Shown here piece by piece: positions 11,059-20,502 of a DNA stretch of 64,000 nucleotides. Source of the stretch: an uncultured Atribacterota bacterium. Its GTDB lineage: Bacteria; Atribacterota; Phoenicimicrobiia; Phoenicimicrobiales; Stramentimicrobiaceae. Every line of letters begins with the position of its first letter. The stretch's first letter is position 1. The DNA is taken from contig CAYSSG010000006.1 of assembly GCA_964433635.1 (NCBI GenBank), positions 1,022 to 65,021 of the forward strand, read 5' to 3'. The position numbers were made by a program, and so were the translations under genes. Under the pieces are notes generated by a model. It was not told where the DNA came from. It saw only the letters and a list, made by a program, of their open reading frames with translations, and ran no database searches.

Positions 11059-13698
11059 ATGAAAGCTATTATTGGCCATACCAGTGCAGATTTTGATTGT
11101 CTCGCTTCCATGATTGCCGCGAAAAAAATATATCCTGACGCTTTCGCAGTCTTTCCTGGTGCTATCGAAGAAAATGTACGAAAATTCCTTTTATTATACG
11201 GTAATGCTTTAAATATTTCCTCAATAAAGCAAATTGACATGAAAAAAATATCAGAATTAATTATTGTTGATACCAGGCAACGAGAGAGAATTGGACCGTT
11301 TGACACTTTGCTGGGTAATCCTAATCTAAAAATATATATCTATGATCATCATCCGCCAACTGAAAATGATATCAAAGCAGATTCGGCTATAGTAAAGCAG
11401 GTTGGCGCTACTACTACTATTTTGTTAGAAAGCATTATAAAAAAGAACCTTCCTATCACGCCTCTGGAATCAACACTGTTTGCCCTGGGAATATATGAAG
11501 ATACAGGTTCGCTTTCTTTTTCAACGACAACAAAAGAAGATATTAAGGTTTTAAGTCATCTTTTTTCTATCGGGGTCAATTTAAGAACGGTGAACAAATT
11601 CACCAATATCGGATTAAATCAAATACAGAAAAAAATTTTAAACAGACTCATTTCATCTTCCCAGGAATTTTATTTTAAAGGCATAAGCGTGGTATTTGCC
11701 ACAGGTCATGTTGAAAAATACATTGAAGGGTTAGCCCTGGTTACTCATAAATTGATTGAAATTGTGAATAGTGATGTTATCTTTGTGTTAGTAAAGATGA
11801 AAAACAGGGTATATGTCGTTGGCAGAAGCAATCGTAATTCAGTCAATGTGGGAGAAATCCTAAAGAAAATAGGGGGAGGCGGCCATTCTCAAGCTGCATC
11901 GGCCGTTGTCAGAAAATTGTCCTTGATGGAAACTGAAGATAGAATTAAAGAAATATTAAATGACCATATTGAATCTGAAACGCTGGCTAAAAATATTATG
12001 ACTACTCCAGTTAAAACTCTTGACATCAATACAACCATTGAAGAGGCATCGAAGATTATGTTGCGTTATGGCCATAATGGATTCCCTGTAATGGAAGAAG
12101 GAAGATTAGTCGGCATTATTACCAGGCAGGAAATTTATAAGGCAAAACATCACCATTATGAAGAAGAAACAGTCAGTGTCTATATGTCTGAAAATATTAT
12201 CAGCGTTCATTTAAATACGCCAATCTTAGAAATACAGGAATTGATGATTCAATATGATGTCGGAAGGGTCTTGGTTTTAAGTGAGAACAGCAAATTAGAG
12301 GGAATTATTACCAGAACTGATCTCATTAGAAATCTATATGGTGAAAAAGATATCAGCAAAGAATCATATTCGCTTTTTGAAAGAGGAATGGGACAGAATG
12401 ATGCTAACAAAGGAAGAATCAAAAACCTGATGCAGGAATATTTTCCCAGTGATATTCTGGATGCGTTAATTCAGATAGGTAAAGCAGGGGATGACCTGGG
12501 CAATTCAGTATTTATGGTAGGAGGGATTGTCCGGGACTTATTCTTGGGTATTCCAAATTCAGACCTTGATATTGTTATAGAGGAAGATGCTATTCAATTT
12601 GCTCATTATTTTCAGAAACAAACAAAAGGAAAAATAAAATGCCATCAGAAATTCAAGACGGCAGTCGTTATTCTACCCAGCGGCATTAAAATTGATTTTG
12701 CCTCAGCCAGAAGAGAATTTTATGAATTTCCAGCAGCATTACCTCAAGTTGAATTCGCCTCTATAAAGAAAGACTTATACCGGAGAGATTTTACGATCAA
12801 TGCTATGGCAATCCAGTTAAATCAGGATCGATTTGGGAAGCTGCTTGATTTTTATGGAGGAAAAAGAGACCTGGAGTTAAAAAAAATAAGAATCCTTTAC
12901 AGTCTCAGCTTTACAGAGGACCCGGCACGTATTATTAGAGCTGTTCGATTTGAGCAAAGATACGATTTTACGATTGAAAAATCAACCGAAAAATTTCTTA
13001 AAAAAGCTGTCAGGGAAGGATTAGTGTCTCGTATCAGAAAAAAAAGACTTGGTGAGGAATTTATAATCATTTTACAGGAGAAAGAACCTATTAAAGTACT
13101 GAGAAGAATGGATGAATTGGGCATCCTGTCCGGAATTATTCCAAATTTAATCCTGAATCAACAGCTGATTGACAGATTTGACCAGATAGAAAGAAGTTTG
13201 AAATTATGGTATTCTAAATTTCCTTGCGAATATGTTAATAAAAGTACGATGTACTTATACTATTTATTACAATTTTCGGATTTAGAAATCAGGCAAATCA
13301 AAAAAAGAATTGAACTCAGTGAGAGAGCAGAGCAAAAACTTGAATTGATGAAAAGTATGAAGGATAAGACGATAAATCTTATGGAAAGATACCAGGTTGA
13401 ACCCAGCAATATTTACTACTTCTTAAAGGAAGTACCTAATGAGTTATTGCTGTCGATTCTAATAGATAAGAATCGAAATGTACAAACTACCAGGAGAATT
13501 GAAGACTATTTAAATAACTACAAAAAAGCATCTCTTTACATATCCGGGAATGATCTGACAAAAATGGGAATGAAGCCAAATCCTATTTATGCTAAAATAT
13601 TAAAGTTGATATTTTATCTACAATTAAATGGTATACTGAAAAACAGAGAAGATGAATTAGCTTTTATTAAAAAATTGATGCAAAAGGGTATTCTATAA
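11059..13698 (+). CDS. multidomain protein: DHH-DHHA1 phosphoesterase + CBS pair + poly(A) polymerase/CCA-adding nucleotidyltransferase
   Basis: DHH motif (YDHHPP) and GGGH (DHHA1). Two CBS domains at about residues 310-430. PolA head motif GGIVRD...DLD and RRDFTINAM. Confidence 0.85.
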   Translation: MKAIIGHTSADFDCLASMIAAKKIYPDAFAVFPGAIEENVRKFLLLYGNALNISSIKQIDMKKISELIIVDTRQRERIGPFDTLLGNPNLKIYIYDHHPPTENDIKADSAIVKQVGATTTILLESIIKKNLPITPLESTLFALGIYEDTGSLSFSTTTKEDIKVLSHLFSIGVNLRTVNKFTNIGLNQIQKKILNRLISSSQEFYFKGISVVFATGHVEKYIEGLALVTHKLIEIVNSDVIFVLVKMKNRVYVVGRSNRNSVNVGEILKKIGGGGHSQAASAVVRKLSLMETEDRIKEILNDHIESETLAKNIMTTPVKTLDINTTIEEASKIMLRYGHNGFPVMEEGRLVGIITRQEIYKAKHHHYEEETVSVYMSENIISVHLNTPILEIQELMIQYDVGRVLVLSENSKLEGIITRTDLIRNLYGEKDISKESYSLFERGMGQNDANKGRIKNLMQEYFPSDILDALIQIGKAGDDLGNSVFMVGGIVRDLFLGIPNSDLDIVIEEDAIQFAHYFQKQTKGKIKCHQKFKTAVVILPSGIKIDFASARREFYEFPAALPQVEFASIKKDLYRRDFTINAMAIQLNQDRFGKLLDFYGGKRDLELKKIRILYSLSFTEDPARIIRAVRFEQRYDFTIEKSTEKFLKKAVREGLVSRIRKKRLGEEFIIILQEKEPIKVLRRMDELGILSGIIPNLILNQQLIDRFDQIERSLKLWYSKFPCEYVNKSTMYLYYLLQFSDLEIRQIKKRIELSERAEQKLELMKSMKDKTINLMERYQVEPSNIYYFLKEVPNELLLSILIDKNRNVQTTRRIEDYLNNYKKASLYISGNDLTKMGMKPNPIYAKILKLIFYLQLNGILKNREDELAFIKKLMQKGIL

Positions 13699-13702
13699 AT
13701 TT

Positions 13703-14347
13703 ATGCTGAATATTTTTAATCATGTATTTGAAATTTTGTGGAGTTTACCGGCTGTTTTAATAGCCATTACAATCCACGAATATGCACACGGTTTTGTCGC
13801 TAATTATTATGGGGATCCTACCGCAAAACTGGCAGGTAGATTGACCTTAAATCCTATTGCACATCTTGATCCAATAGGAACGCTGATGCTGTTACTTTTT
13901 CGCATCGGTTGGGCAAAGCCGGTTCCTGTTAACTACTCAAATCTGAATAATCCAAAAAAGGATATGATCAGAGTATCCTTAGCAGGGCCTGCATCTAATG
14001 TTATAATGGCTTTCATCTTTGCTCTTTTCTTGAGATTGAATAATTTTTTGTTCCAGAATATATTTTTCAGTTCCCGTCTTGGCTTGAAATTTTTCCAGGG
14101 ATGGTTGATCTTTCTACATACGGGTATTTTTATTAATCTGGCTTTGGCAATCTTTAACTTGATACCGATACCGCCATTGGATGGTCATCATATCTTGTCT
14201 GGACTATTACCACCCCAATGGGCATATCAATATGCCCGATTAAATCATACTTACGGCATTTTTATTCTATTGCTGCTCATTTGGACCGGTTTTATTGGAA
14301 AGATCATATTTCCAATCGTATCCCATTTTTACCAGTTGTTTGCATAA
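13703..14347 (+). CDS. M50 family (site-2 protease-like) membrane metalloprotease
   Basis: HEYAH zinc motif in the first TM helix. Polytopic membrane protein, 214 aa. Confidence 0.75.
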   Translation: MLNIFNHVFEILWSLPAVLIAITIHEYAHGFVANYYGDPTAKLAGRLTLNPIAHLDPIGTLMLLLFRIGWAKPVPVNYSNLNNPKKDMIRVSLAGPASNVIMAFIFALFLRLNNFLFQNIFFSSRLGLKFFQGWLIFLHTGIFINLALAIFNLIPIPPLDGHHILSGLLPPQWAYQYARLNHTYGIFILLLLIWTGFIGKIIFPIVSHFYQLFA

Positions 14348-14420
14348 ATTATTTTATGAGGTAAACGTACAATCGTATGAAATTTCAAATACATATGAAT
14401 AAGAGGAGGCAATACCATAC

Positions 14421-15407
14421 ATGAAAGGCATTATTTTCAGCGGCATGAGACCAACCGGTAAACTCCACATCGGAAATTATTTTGGAGCATTAACCAATTG
14501 GGTTGAACTGCAGAATAATTACAAGTGTTACTATGGAGTAGTAGATTGGCATGCGCTTACAACCGGATATAATGATACATCCATGATGAAAGAGAATATA
14601 TTAGAAATGGTCATAGATTGGTTAAGTGCTGGAATCGATCCAAAGAGAAGCACATTATTAATTCAGTCCCATGTACCCGAACACGCTGAGTTACATTTAC
14701 TACTATCGATGATTACACCACTGGCATGGTTAGAGAGAAATCCTGTACTGAAAGAACAGGTACGAGACCTGGATTTAAAAGATAATATGGACTATGGACT
14801 GTTAGGTTATCCTGTTCTAATGGCTGCGGATATATTAATTTATAAATCAGATGCCGTTCCCGTAGGAGAGGATCAGGCTCCTCATATTGAATTAGCTCGA
14901 GAAATAGGAAGGCGTTTCAATAATCTCTACAGCAATGTGTTTTCTATACCTGAACTGAAATTATCTCATACTCCAAGAATTCCCGGTACCGATGGTAGAA
15001 AGATGAGTAAAAGTCTTAAAAATGACATTACTTTATCAGATAAACCGGAAGATATTAGAAAAAAAGTCCTTTCTATGATTACCGATCCCAGAAAGGTCAG
15101 GCTATCTGATCCCGGGCATCCTGAAGTATGTGTTGTATTTAAATATCATGAAATATTTAATCCAAAGGAATTAAAAATGATAGAAAGTGATTGTCGGAAT
15201 GCAAAATTGGGTTGTGTAACCTGTAAGAAAAAGTTAGCCGATATACTGACACAGTCATTTCACAGCTTCAGGGAAAAAAGGAAATTCTATGAAAAAAATC
15301 CCCAATTGGTTTGGGATATCTTAATGGAAGGGAGTAAAGAGGCAAGAAAGGCAGCAGATAATACGTTAAATGAAGTCAGAAAAGCCATGAAGATTGAGTA
15401 CCTATGA
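14421..15407 (+). CDS. trpS: tryptophanyl-tRNA synthetase
   Basis: Class I HIGN motif (KLHIGNYFG) and KMSKS (RKMSKS). RBS AGAGGAGG. Confidence 0.95.
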   Translation: MKGIIFSGMRPTGKLHIGNYFGALTNWVELQNNYKCYYGVVDWHALTTGYNDTSMMKENILEMVIDWLSAGIDPKRSTLLIQSHVPEHAELHLLLSMITPLAWLERNPVLKEQVRDLDLKDNMDYGLLGYPVLMAADILIYKSDAVPVGEDQAPHIELAREIGRRFNNLYSNVFSIPELKLSHTPRIPGTDGRKMSKSLKNDITLSDKPEDIRKKVLSMITDPRKVRLSDPGHPEVCVVFKYHEIFNPKELKMIESDCRNAKLGCVTCKKKLADILTQSFHSFREKRKFYEKNPQLVWDILMEGSKEARKAADNTLNEVRKAMKIEYL

Positions 15408-16150
15408 TAGAGAGCAGTTCAGAGATGATTGAAATTGAAGAATTTACAGATTCTATTCAGCAAATATCCCTGAAAGTGAAGAACGGAGAAATGTCTTTAA
15501 CCGAGATATCCCTGCTGGAGATTATAAAAAAATACTTATCTTACATCATTATGTCTCATAAAGATACGATAGATCTGGATATTGCAGCTAATTTTTTAGT
15601 TTCGGTATCCAACCTGATTTTATGGAAATCTAACTTACTTTTACCTTTCAATCAGGAACAGACTGATGATGAATTTGAAGAAGACAAAATGACTTTACAG
15701 GAAGAATACTGGAAAGAATACAAAAAATATCAGTCTTTGATCAGTATATTTGAAGATAAAAAAATGAATCAGGAAAAGATATATCTAACCTACCTCCATC
15801 CCAATATAGAAAATGAAGAACAATATCAAGAAAATCATTTCTCTGAACTTGTCCTGGCTATTGAATCAATCTTATCCAGGCAGCACATCAAACCTACCAT
15901 GGAAGTGAAAAAGCGTCATTACAATATTGAGCAAAAAATGAAAGAAATCGAAGATTATTTCAATAAAAATGATGGAAGGTTATCCTTTCAGCAGATGATT
16001 TCCAGGGATTGTCAGAGGATTGAAATCATTGTCATCTTTCTAGCCTTATTAGAATTAATATGCCAGGGGAAAATAGACTACATGCAGTCAAAAAATTTCG
16101 GCGATATTTTATTCTATCGCAAAGGAGATAAAATATTATTGAAACGATAG
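15404..16150 (+). CDS. scpA: segregation and condensation protein A (kleisin)
   Basis: 248 aa. ScpA-like N-terminal helix and C-terminal winged helix. Overlaps trpS stop. Followed by scpB. Confidence 0.8.
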   Translation: MIESSSEMIEIEEFTDSIQQISLKVKNGEMSLTEISLLEIIKKYLSYIIMSHKDTIDLDIAANFLVSVSNLILWKSNLLLPFNQEQTDDEFEEDKMTLQEEYWKEYKKYQSLISIFEDKKMNQEKIYLTYLHPNIENEEQYQENHFSELVLAIESILSRQHIKPTMEVKKRHYNIEQKMKEIEDYFNKNDGRLSFQQMISRDCQRIEIIVIFLALLELICQGKIDYMQSKNFGDILFYRKGDKILLKR

Positions 16151-16165
16151 AATCATCTTCAAATA

Positions 16166-16719
16166 AATGGAAAAATATTATTGAAGTTCTATTATTTGTA
16201 TCCCATAAACCACTATCCATCCATAAAATCAGAGATATTACCGGGAAAAAAAGTGGAGAAATAAAAACAATGATACAAAAGATAAGACTTGAATACGAAG
16301 AGCAGGATCGGCCTCTGTTTATTCAGGAAGTTGCCGAGGGGTTCTCTTTTGCCACAAAACCGGATTATGCTCCCTGGATAAAAAAAATGCACAATAATGA
16401 AAAAAAGATTATCCTGTCTAAAGCTTCCATTGAAACACTGGCTATCATTGCCTATAATCAGCCGGTCACACGTATGGAGGTTGAGAAAATAAGAGGTGTT
16501 GATTGCAGCAGTGTTTTGTTTAAACTTTTGAGGAATGATTTTATAAAAGTCTGTGGTAGAAAGAAGATTCCCGGAAATCCTTTACTATACCGAGTGACTG
16601 GAAAATTTCTATTACACTTTGGATTAAAAAATATATCGGACTTACCACCACTTGGTGAACTAGGCTTTAATCATGAAGAAAATGAGATTACAAAAGTTTT
16701 TAGCAGAAAAGGGGATTGA
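16166..16719 (+). CDS. scpB: segregation and condensation protein B; ATG 16166 is 1 nt out of frame with the conserved ScpB N-terminus (frame of 16132..16719)
   Basis: The frame from 16132 reads ...KWKNIIEVLLFVSHKPLSIHKI... with no ATG/GTG/TTG before Met 16270. Deleting one A from the A5 run after ATG 16166 gives MENIIEVLLFVS.... Confidence 0.7.
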
Positions 16720-17404
16720 TTCCCGAAGAAAATGTGAAGAATTAATTGTTCAGGGCAAAGTTAAAGTGAATCATCATATCATCACAGCGTTGGGAACCCA
16801 AATTAATCCTGAAAAAGACAGAATAGAGGTAAACAATCGATCCATTGAACCAAATGTTGAGAAGATCTATCTCTTATTAAATAAACCTTGCGGTTATTTA
16901 TGTACCTACCGCGATCCTTTAAACAGACCTACTATCTACGACTTACTCTCAAACATAAGGGCAAAAGTCAATTATGCCGGACGTCTGGATTATGATTCGG
17001 AAGGTTTGGTATTATTAACAAATGATGGAAATCTAATCTATCGCTTAACCCATCCTGGAAAAGGGATTCAAAAAAAGTATCTTGTGAAGATTCAAGGTAT
17101 TCCGAAACATGAAGATTTGGATCGGCTGAAAAGCGGAATACCCCTGTCCCCGAATTTTACAACCAGTCCCTGTCATGTCAAAATGGTAAAGGAGCACAAG
17201 AATAACTCCACCTTAGAAATTGAAATCCATGAAGGAAAAAAGAGGCAAATCAGGAGAATGTTTTCCTTTCTGGGATATCCGGTTTTACAATTAAAAAGAA
17301 TTCAAATTGGATCTCTTTCGTTGGGTCATTTAAAATCCGGACAGTATCGTTATCTTGGGAAAAAAGAAACAGAGCGGTTAAAGATAGACTGCCTTGAAAA
17401 ATAA
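16673..17404 (+). CDS. rluB: 23S rRNA pseudouridine synthase (RluB/RsuA family); start may be ATG 16682
   Basis: S4 domain (MRLQKFLAEKGIDSRR) plus pseudouridine synthase catalytic motif (RLDYDSEGL). Confidence 0.85.
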   Translation: MKKMRLQKFLAEKGIDSRRKCEELIVQGKVKVNHHIITALGTQINPEKDRIEVNNRSIEPNVEKIYLLLNKPCGYLCTYRDPLNRPTIYDLLSNIRAKVNYAGRLDYDSEGLVLLTNDGNLIYRLTHPGKGIQKKYLVKIQGIPKHEDLDRLKSGIPLSPNFTTSPCHVKMVKEHKNNSTLEIEIHEGKKRQIRRMFSFLGYPVLQLKRIQIGSLSLGHLKSGQYRYLGKKETERLKIDCLEK

Positions 17405-18128
17405 TAAGGAGAAAAATATTTTGCCAGACCAGAACAGGAGCTATATTATTACCATTGATGGACCTGCAGGTGCAGGAAAAAGTACCGTAGCAAAAAAGCT
17501 TGCCCTGAGACTGGGATTCCGATACATCAACACAGGTGATCTATACCGATATGTTACTTTTCGTGCGCTACAGAAAAAACTTGATGTTAGGAATTCTAGT
17601 GACATGGACACCTTATCCTTAAAAATAGTAAATCAATGGATAGAGAGGAAAAAATCCGGAGATCAAGCGGATATTTTTTCTGATCAGCAAAACATCATCT
17701 TAGAAAAGATACATAGTCCGGAAGTAGATAAGAATGTATCCTTTGTTGCTCAACATCCATCTGTCCGAAGAAATTTAGTATCATTACAACGCATGCTAAC
17801 AAAAGATGGTTCAGTAGTCGTAGAAGGCAGGGATATTGGTTCTGTCATTCTACCTTATGCGGATTTAAAGATTTTTCTAACTGCTGATGAACAGACCAGG
17901 ATAAAGAGAAGATACAAAGAACTGAAGGAAAAAGGTTATATTATTACTTTTCAGGAAGTCCAGGCAGAAATTGCATTGCGTGATGATATAGACAGCAGAA
18001 GAGAAACTGCTCCACTTACCAGACCAAAAAATTCCATTACCATCGATACATCAAATAAAGAGATTGACGAAGTAATCAAATTAGTTTTAGGAATCATTCA
18101 AAGTAGAAAGGGGACAAAACATCTATGA
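17394..18128 (+). CDS. cmk: cytidylate kinase
   Basis: P-loop GPAGAGKST. Conserved position before ispH. Confidence 0.85.
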   Translation: MKNNKEKNILPDQNRSYIITIDGPAGAGKSTVAKKLALRLGFRYINTGDLYRYVTFRALQKKLDVRNSSDMDTLSLKIVNQWIERKKSGDQADIFSDQQNIILEKIHSPEVDKNVSFVAQHPSVRRNLVSLQRMLTKDGSVVVEGRDIGSVILPYADLKIFLTADEQTRIKRRYKELKEKGYIITFQEVQAEIALRDDIDSRRETAPLTRPKNSITIDTSNKEIDEVIKLVLGIIQSRKGTKHL

Positions 18129-18985
18129 AAGTGATGAAGGCAGAGCATATTGGCTTCTGTTTTGGTGTAAAGAGGGCAATGAATCGTGCAAAAGAGCTGT
18201 TAGAGGAAGTTCCGCATGACCGTATCTACATGTTAGGTGAAATGATTCATAATCCACAGGTAATTAATGATTTCCAGGAGAAAGGCATTCACATTGTACA
18301 TGATATTTCCCGGGTTCCATCTCATGCATATCTAATTACCAGAGCACATGGAATTATACAGACGGAAATGAAATTAGCCGAGCAGGAAGGTATCCAATTA
18401 ATTGATACAACTTGTCCTTATGTAAAGAAATTACATAAAATTGCTGACTTATTAGAGAAGGAAAGCTATCAGATTATAATCTTTGGGGACCCAGACCATC
18501 CGGAGATGAAAAGCTTATTAAGTTATACCAAGAATCATGTTACAGTAATCCAATCTGCCGATGAACTTAAAAATCATTGTATGGTTACTTCAGGTAAAAT
18601 TGGATTAATATCTCAGACAACAAAAGATATAAATGAATACAAGCAGATTCTAACAGCAATATTTAACGATGCAGAAGAGCTGAGAGTTTTTAATACCATC
18701 TGCAAAGCAACCATTTTAAGGCAAGAATCTGCTCGAAAATTAGCTCAAAATGTTGATGTTATGATTGTAGTGGGCGGATTTAATAGTGCCAATACCAATA
18801 GGTTAGTCTGCATAAGCAAACAAACCGGGGTAAAGACCTATCATATAGAAAATGAAACACAACTTCAAGACAAATGGTTCATAAGGAAGAAGAGAGTTGG
18901 CGTTACCAGTGGAGCTTCTACACCTGATTATATTACTGAAAGAGTGATTGAAGCGATCAAAAGAATGCCTAAAAATCAAAGATAA
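18125..18985 (+). CDS. ispH: 4-hydroxy-3-methylbut-2-enyl diphosphate reductase
   Basis: 286 aa, LytB family (three conserved Cys regions, GFCFGVKRA). Confidence 0.9.
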   Translation: MKVMKAEHIGFCFGVKRAMNRAKELLEEVPHDRIYMLGEMIHNPQVINDFQEKGIHIVHDISRVPSHAYLITRAHGIIQTEMKLAEQEGIQLIDTTCPYVKKLHKIADLLEKESYQIIIFGDPDHPEMKSLLSYTKNHVTVIQSADELKNHCMVTSGKIGLISQTTKDINEYKQILTAIFNDAEELRVFNTICKATILRQESARKLAQNVDVMIVVGGFNSANTNRLVCISKQTGVKTYHIENETQLQDKWFIRKKRVGVTSGASTPDYITERVIEAIKRMPKNQR

Positions 18986-19014
18986 TCAAGGAAGAATCCC
19001 TGATTATCTTTGAT
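18975..19014. terminator. bidirectional terminator hairpin between ispH (+) and rpmB (-): about 16-bp stem with a single bulge
   Basis: atcaaagataatcaagg / cctgattatctttgat inverted repeat overlapping the ispH stop. Convergent genes on both sides. Confidence 0.6.
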
Positions 19015-19094
19015 TGTGAAGTACTCAATATCTCGCAATAATACAGTTAAAATCTGAATATAATTTTCTAAATATAGCTATTATGAATCAGTCG

Positions 19095-19289
19095 TCAGGC
19101 AAGTTTTTGAACTTTCCCTGATTTTAAACATCTGGTACAGACATTCATTCTCTGTACAGTATTATTCACCTTGACTCTTACTTTTTGAATATTAACAGAC
19201 CATTTTCGATTGCTCAGTTTATGCGAATGACTGATTTGATTCCCGAATTGTGGTCCCTTACCACATATATCGCATTTCGCCATTTTCAT
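19095..19289 (-). CDS. rpmB: 50S ribosomal protein L28
   Basis: 64 aa. L28 signature (SHSHKLSNRKWSVNIQKVRV) with CxxC...CxxC zinc-ribbon form. Confidence 0.9.
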   Translation of the reverse strand: MKMAKCDICGKGPQFGNQISHSHKLSNRKWSVNIQKVRVKVNNTVQRMNVCTRCLKSGKVQKLA

Positions 19290-19424
19290 GCTCTCCTGAT
19301 ATAAATTTGAAAAATTACAAAAAATATCATATCATAATTGAGGCTTAATAATCAAGTAAATATCCAGGTTTTCAGAAAAATCTTTTTATCATCCAGTGAA
19401 TCATGCTTAAAACGGAATAAAAAA

Positions 19425-19985
19425 ATGAGAATTATATCAGGTATCTATAAAGGTTTTAAATTAAAAGAATTTTCAGGTATGGATATCAGGCCCACTCCAA
19501 GTATGGTCAGGGAATCCTTATTTGATATGTTTGCTGCAAAAATAGTTGATTCTGAATTTTTAGACCTTTTTGCGGGAACAGGTGCTATCGGGATTGAAGC
19601 GCTCAGCAGGGGTGCCAAAAGCGTGACTTTTGTCGATCATCATCCCAAGGCGATTCAACTGGTAAAAGAAAATCTCAGCAAGATTCGTCATCATGATGAT
19701 TCTATCGTCCTTCAAAAGGATTATCTTAAGGCAATGAATCATTTGGACCTACAACAAAGTAAATTTGACATTATCTTTCTTGATCCGCCTTATCAGAAGG
19801 ATTATATCTCCAAATCATTACATACCATTGATGGAAGTAAGATCTTAAAAAATAATGGATTTGTTGTCGTTCAGCATCCTTATGAATTGGAACTGAAAAA
19901 CAATTTAAATAATATCTATTTCTTAAAAGAAAAAAGATATGGTAAGTCTAGAATTACAGTCTTTCGCTGTAAAGAAAGATTTTAA
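19425..19985 (+). CDS. rsmD: 16S rRNA (guanine966-N2)-methyltransferase (the ORF track starts at 19338; ATG 19425 matches RsmD N-terminus MRIISG)
   Basis: RsmD motifs (DLFAGTGAIGIEALSRGA, LDPPY). Confidence 0.85.
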   Translation: MRIISGIYKGFKLKEFSGMDIRPTPSMVRESLFDMFAAKIVDSEFLDLFAGTGAIGIEALSRGAKSVTFVDHHPKAIQLVKENLSKIRHHDDSIVLQKDYLKAMNHLDLQQSKFDIIFLDPPYQKDYISKSLHTIDGSKILKNNGFVVVQHPYELELKNNLNNIYFLKEKRYGKSRITVFRCKERF

Positions 19986-20001
19986 AAAAAGGAGACTTTT
20001 C

Positions 20002-20481
20002 ATGATTAAAGCAATATACCCGGGAAGTTTTGATCCGATTACGAACGGACATCTGGATATTATTATCAGAGCATCAAAAATATTTGACAAGATCATTGTA
20101 GTGATCGCAGAAAATTCGCGCAAGAAATCTTTCTTTTCCACAGATGAAAAAAAGAACATGATTCAATCGGTCATAAAACACATAAAAGAGGTTGAGGTCC
20201 AGACCTTTGACGGCTTATTGATTGACTGCGTAAGGTTCAATAAAGCCAATGTCATACTCAGGGGCATGAGAGCTATATCTGATTTTGAATATGAATCACA
20301 ATTCGCACTGATTAATAAGAAGATGGCTCCAGAGATAGAAACGGTATTTATGGTAACCAGTACGAGATATTCTTACTTGAATTCAAGCATAGTTAAGGAG
20401 ATTGCTTCTCTTAACGGGTGTATTCGTGATTTAGTTCCACCTTACGTTGCCAAAAAACTGAAGGAAAAATTTGGATACTAG
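20002..20481 (+). CDS. coaD: phosphopantetheine adenylyltransferase (the ORF track starts at 19939; ATG 20002 with RBS AAAGGAGA)
   Basis: MIKAIYPGSFDPITNGHLD, canonical CoaD N-terminus with H/TxGH motif. Confidence 0.9.
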   Translation: MIKAIYPGSFDPITNGHLDIIIRASKIFDKIIVVIAENSRKKSFFSTDEKKNMIQSVIKHIKEVEVQTFDGLLIDCVRFNKANVILRGMRAISDFEYESQFALINKKMAPEIETVFMVTSTRYSYLNSSIVKEIASLNGCIRDLVPPYVAKKLKEKFGY

Positions 20482-20502
20482 ATATGATAGTCAGATTCTA
20501 GA

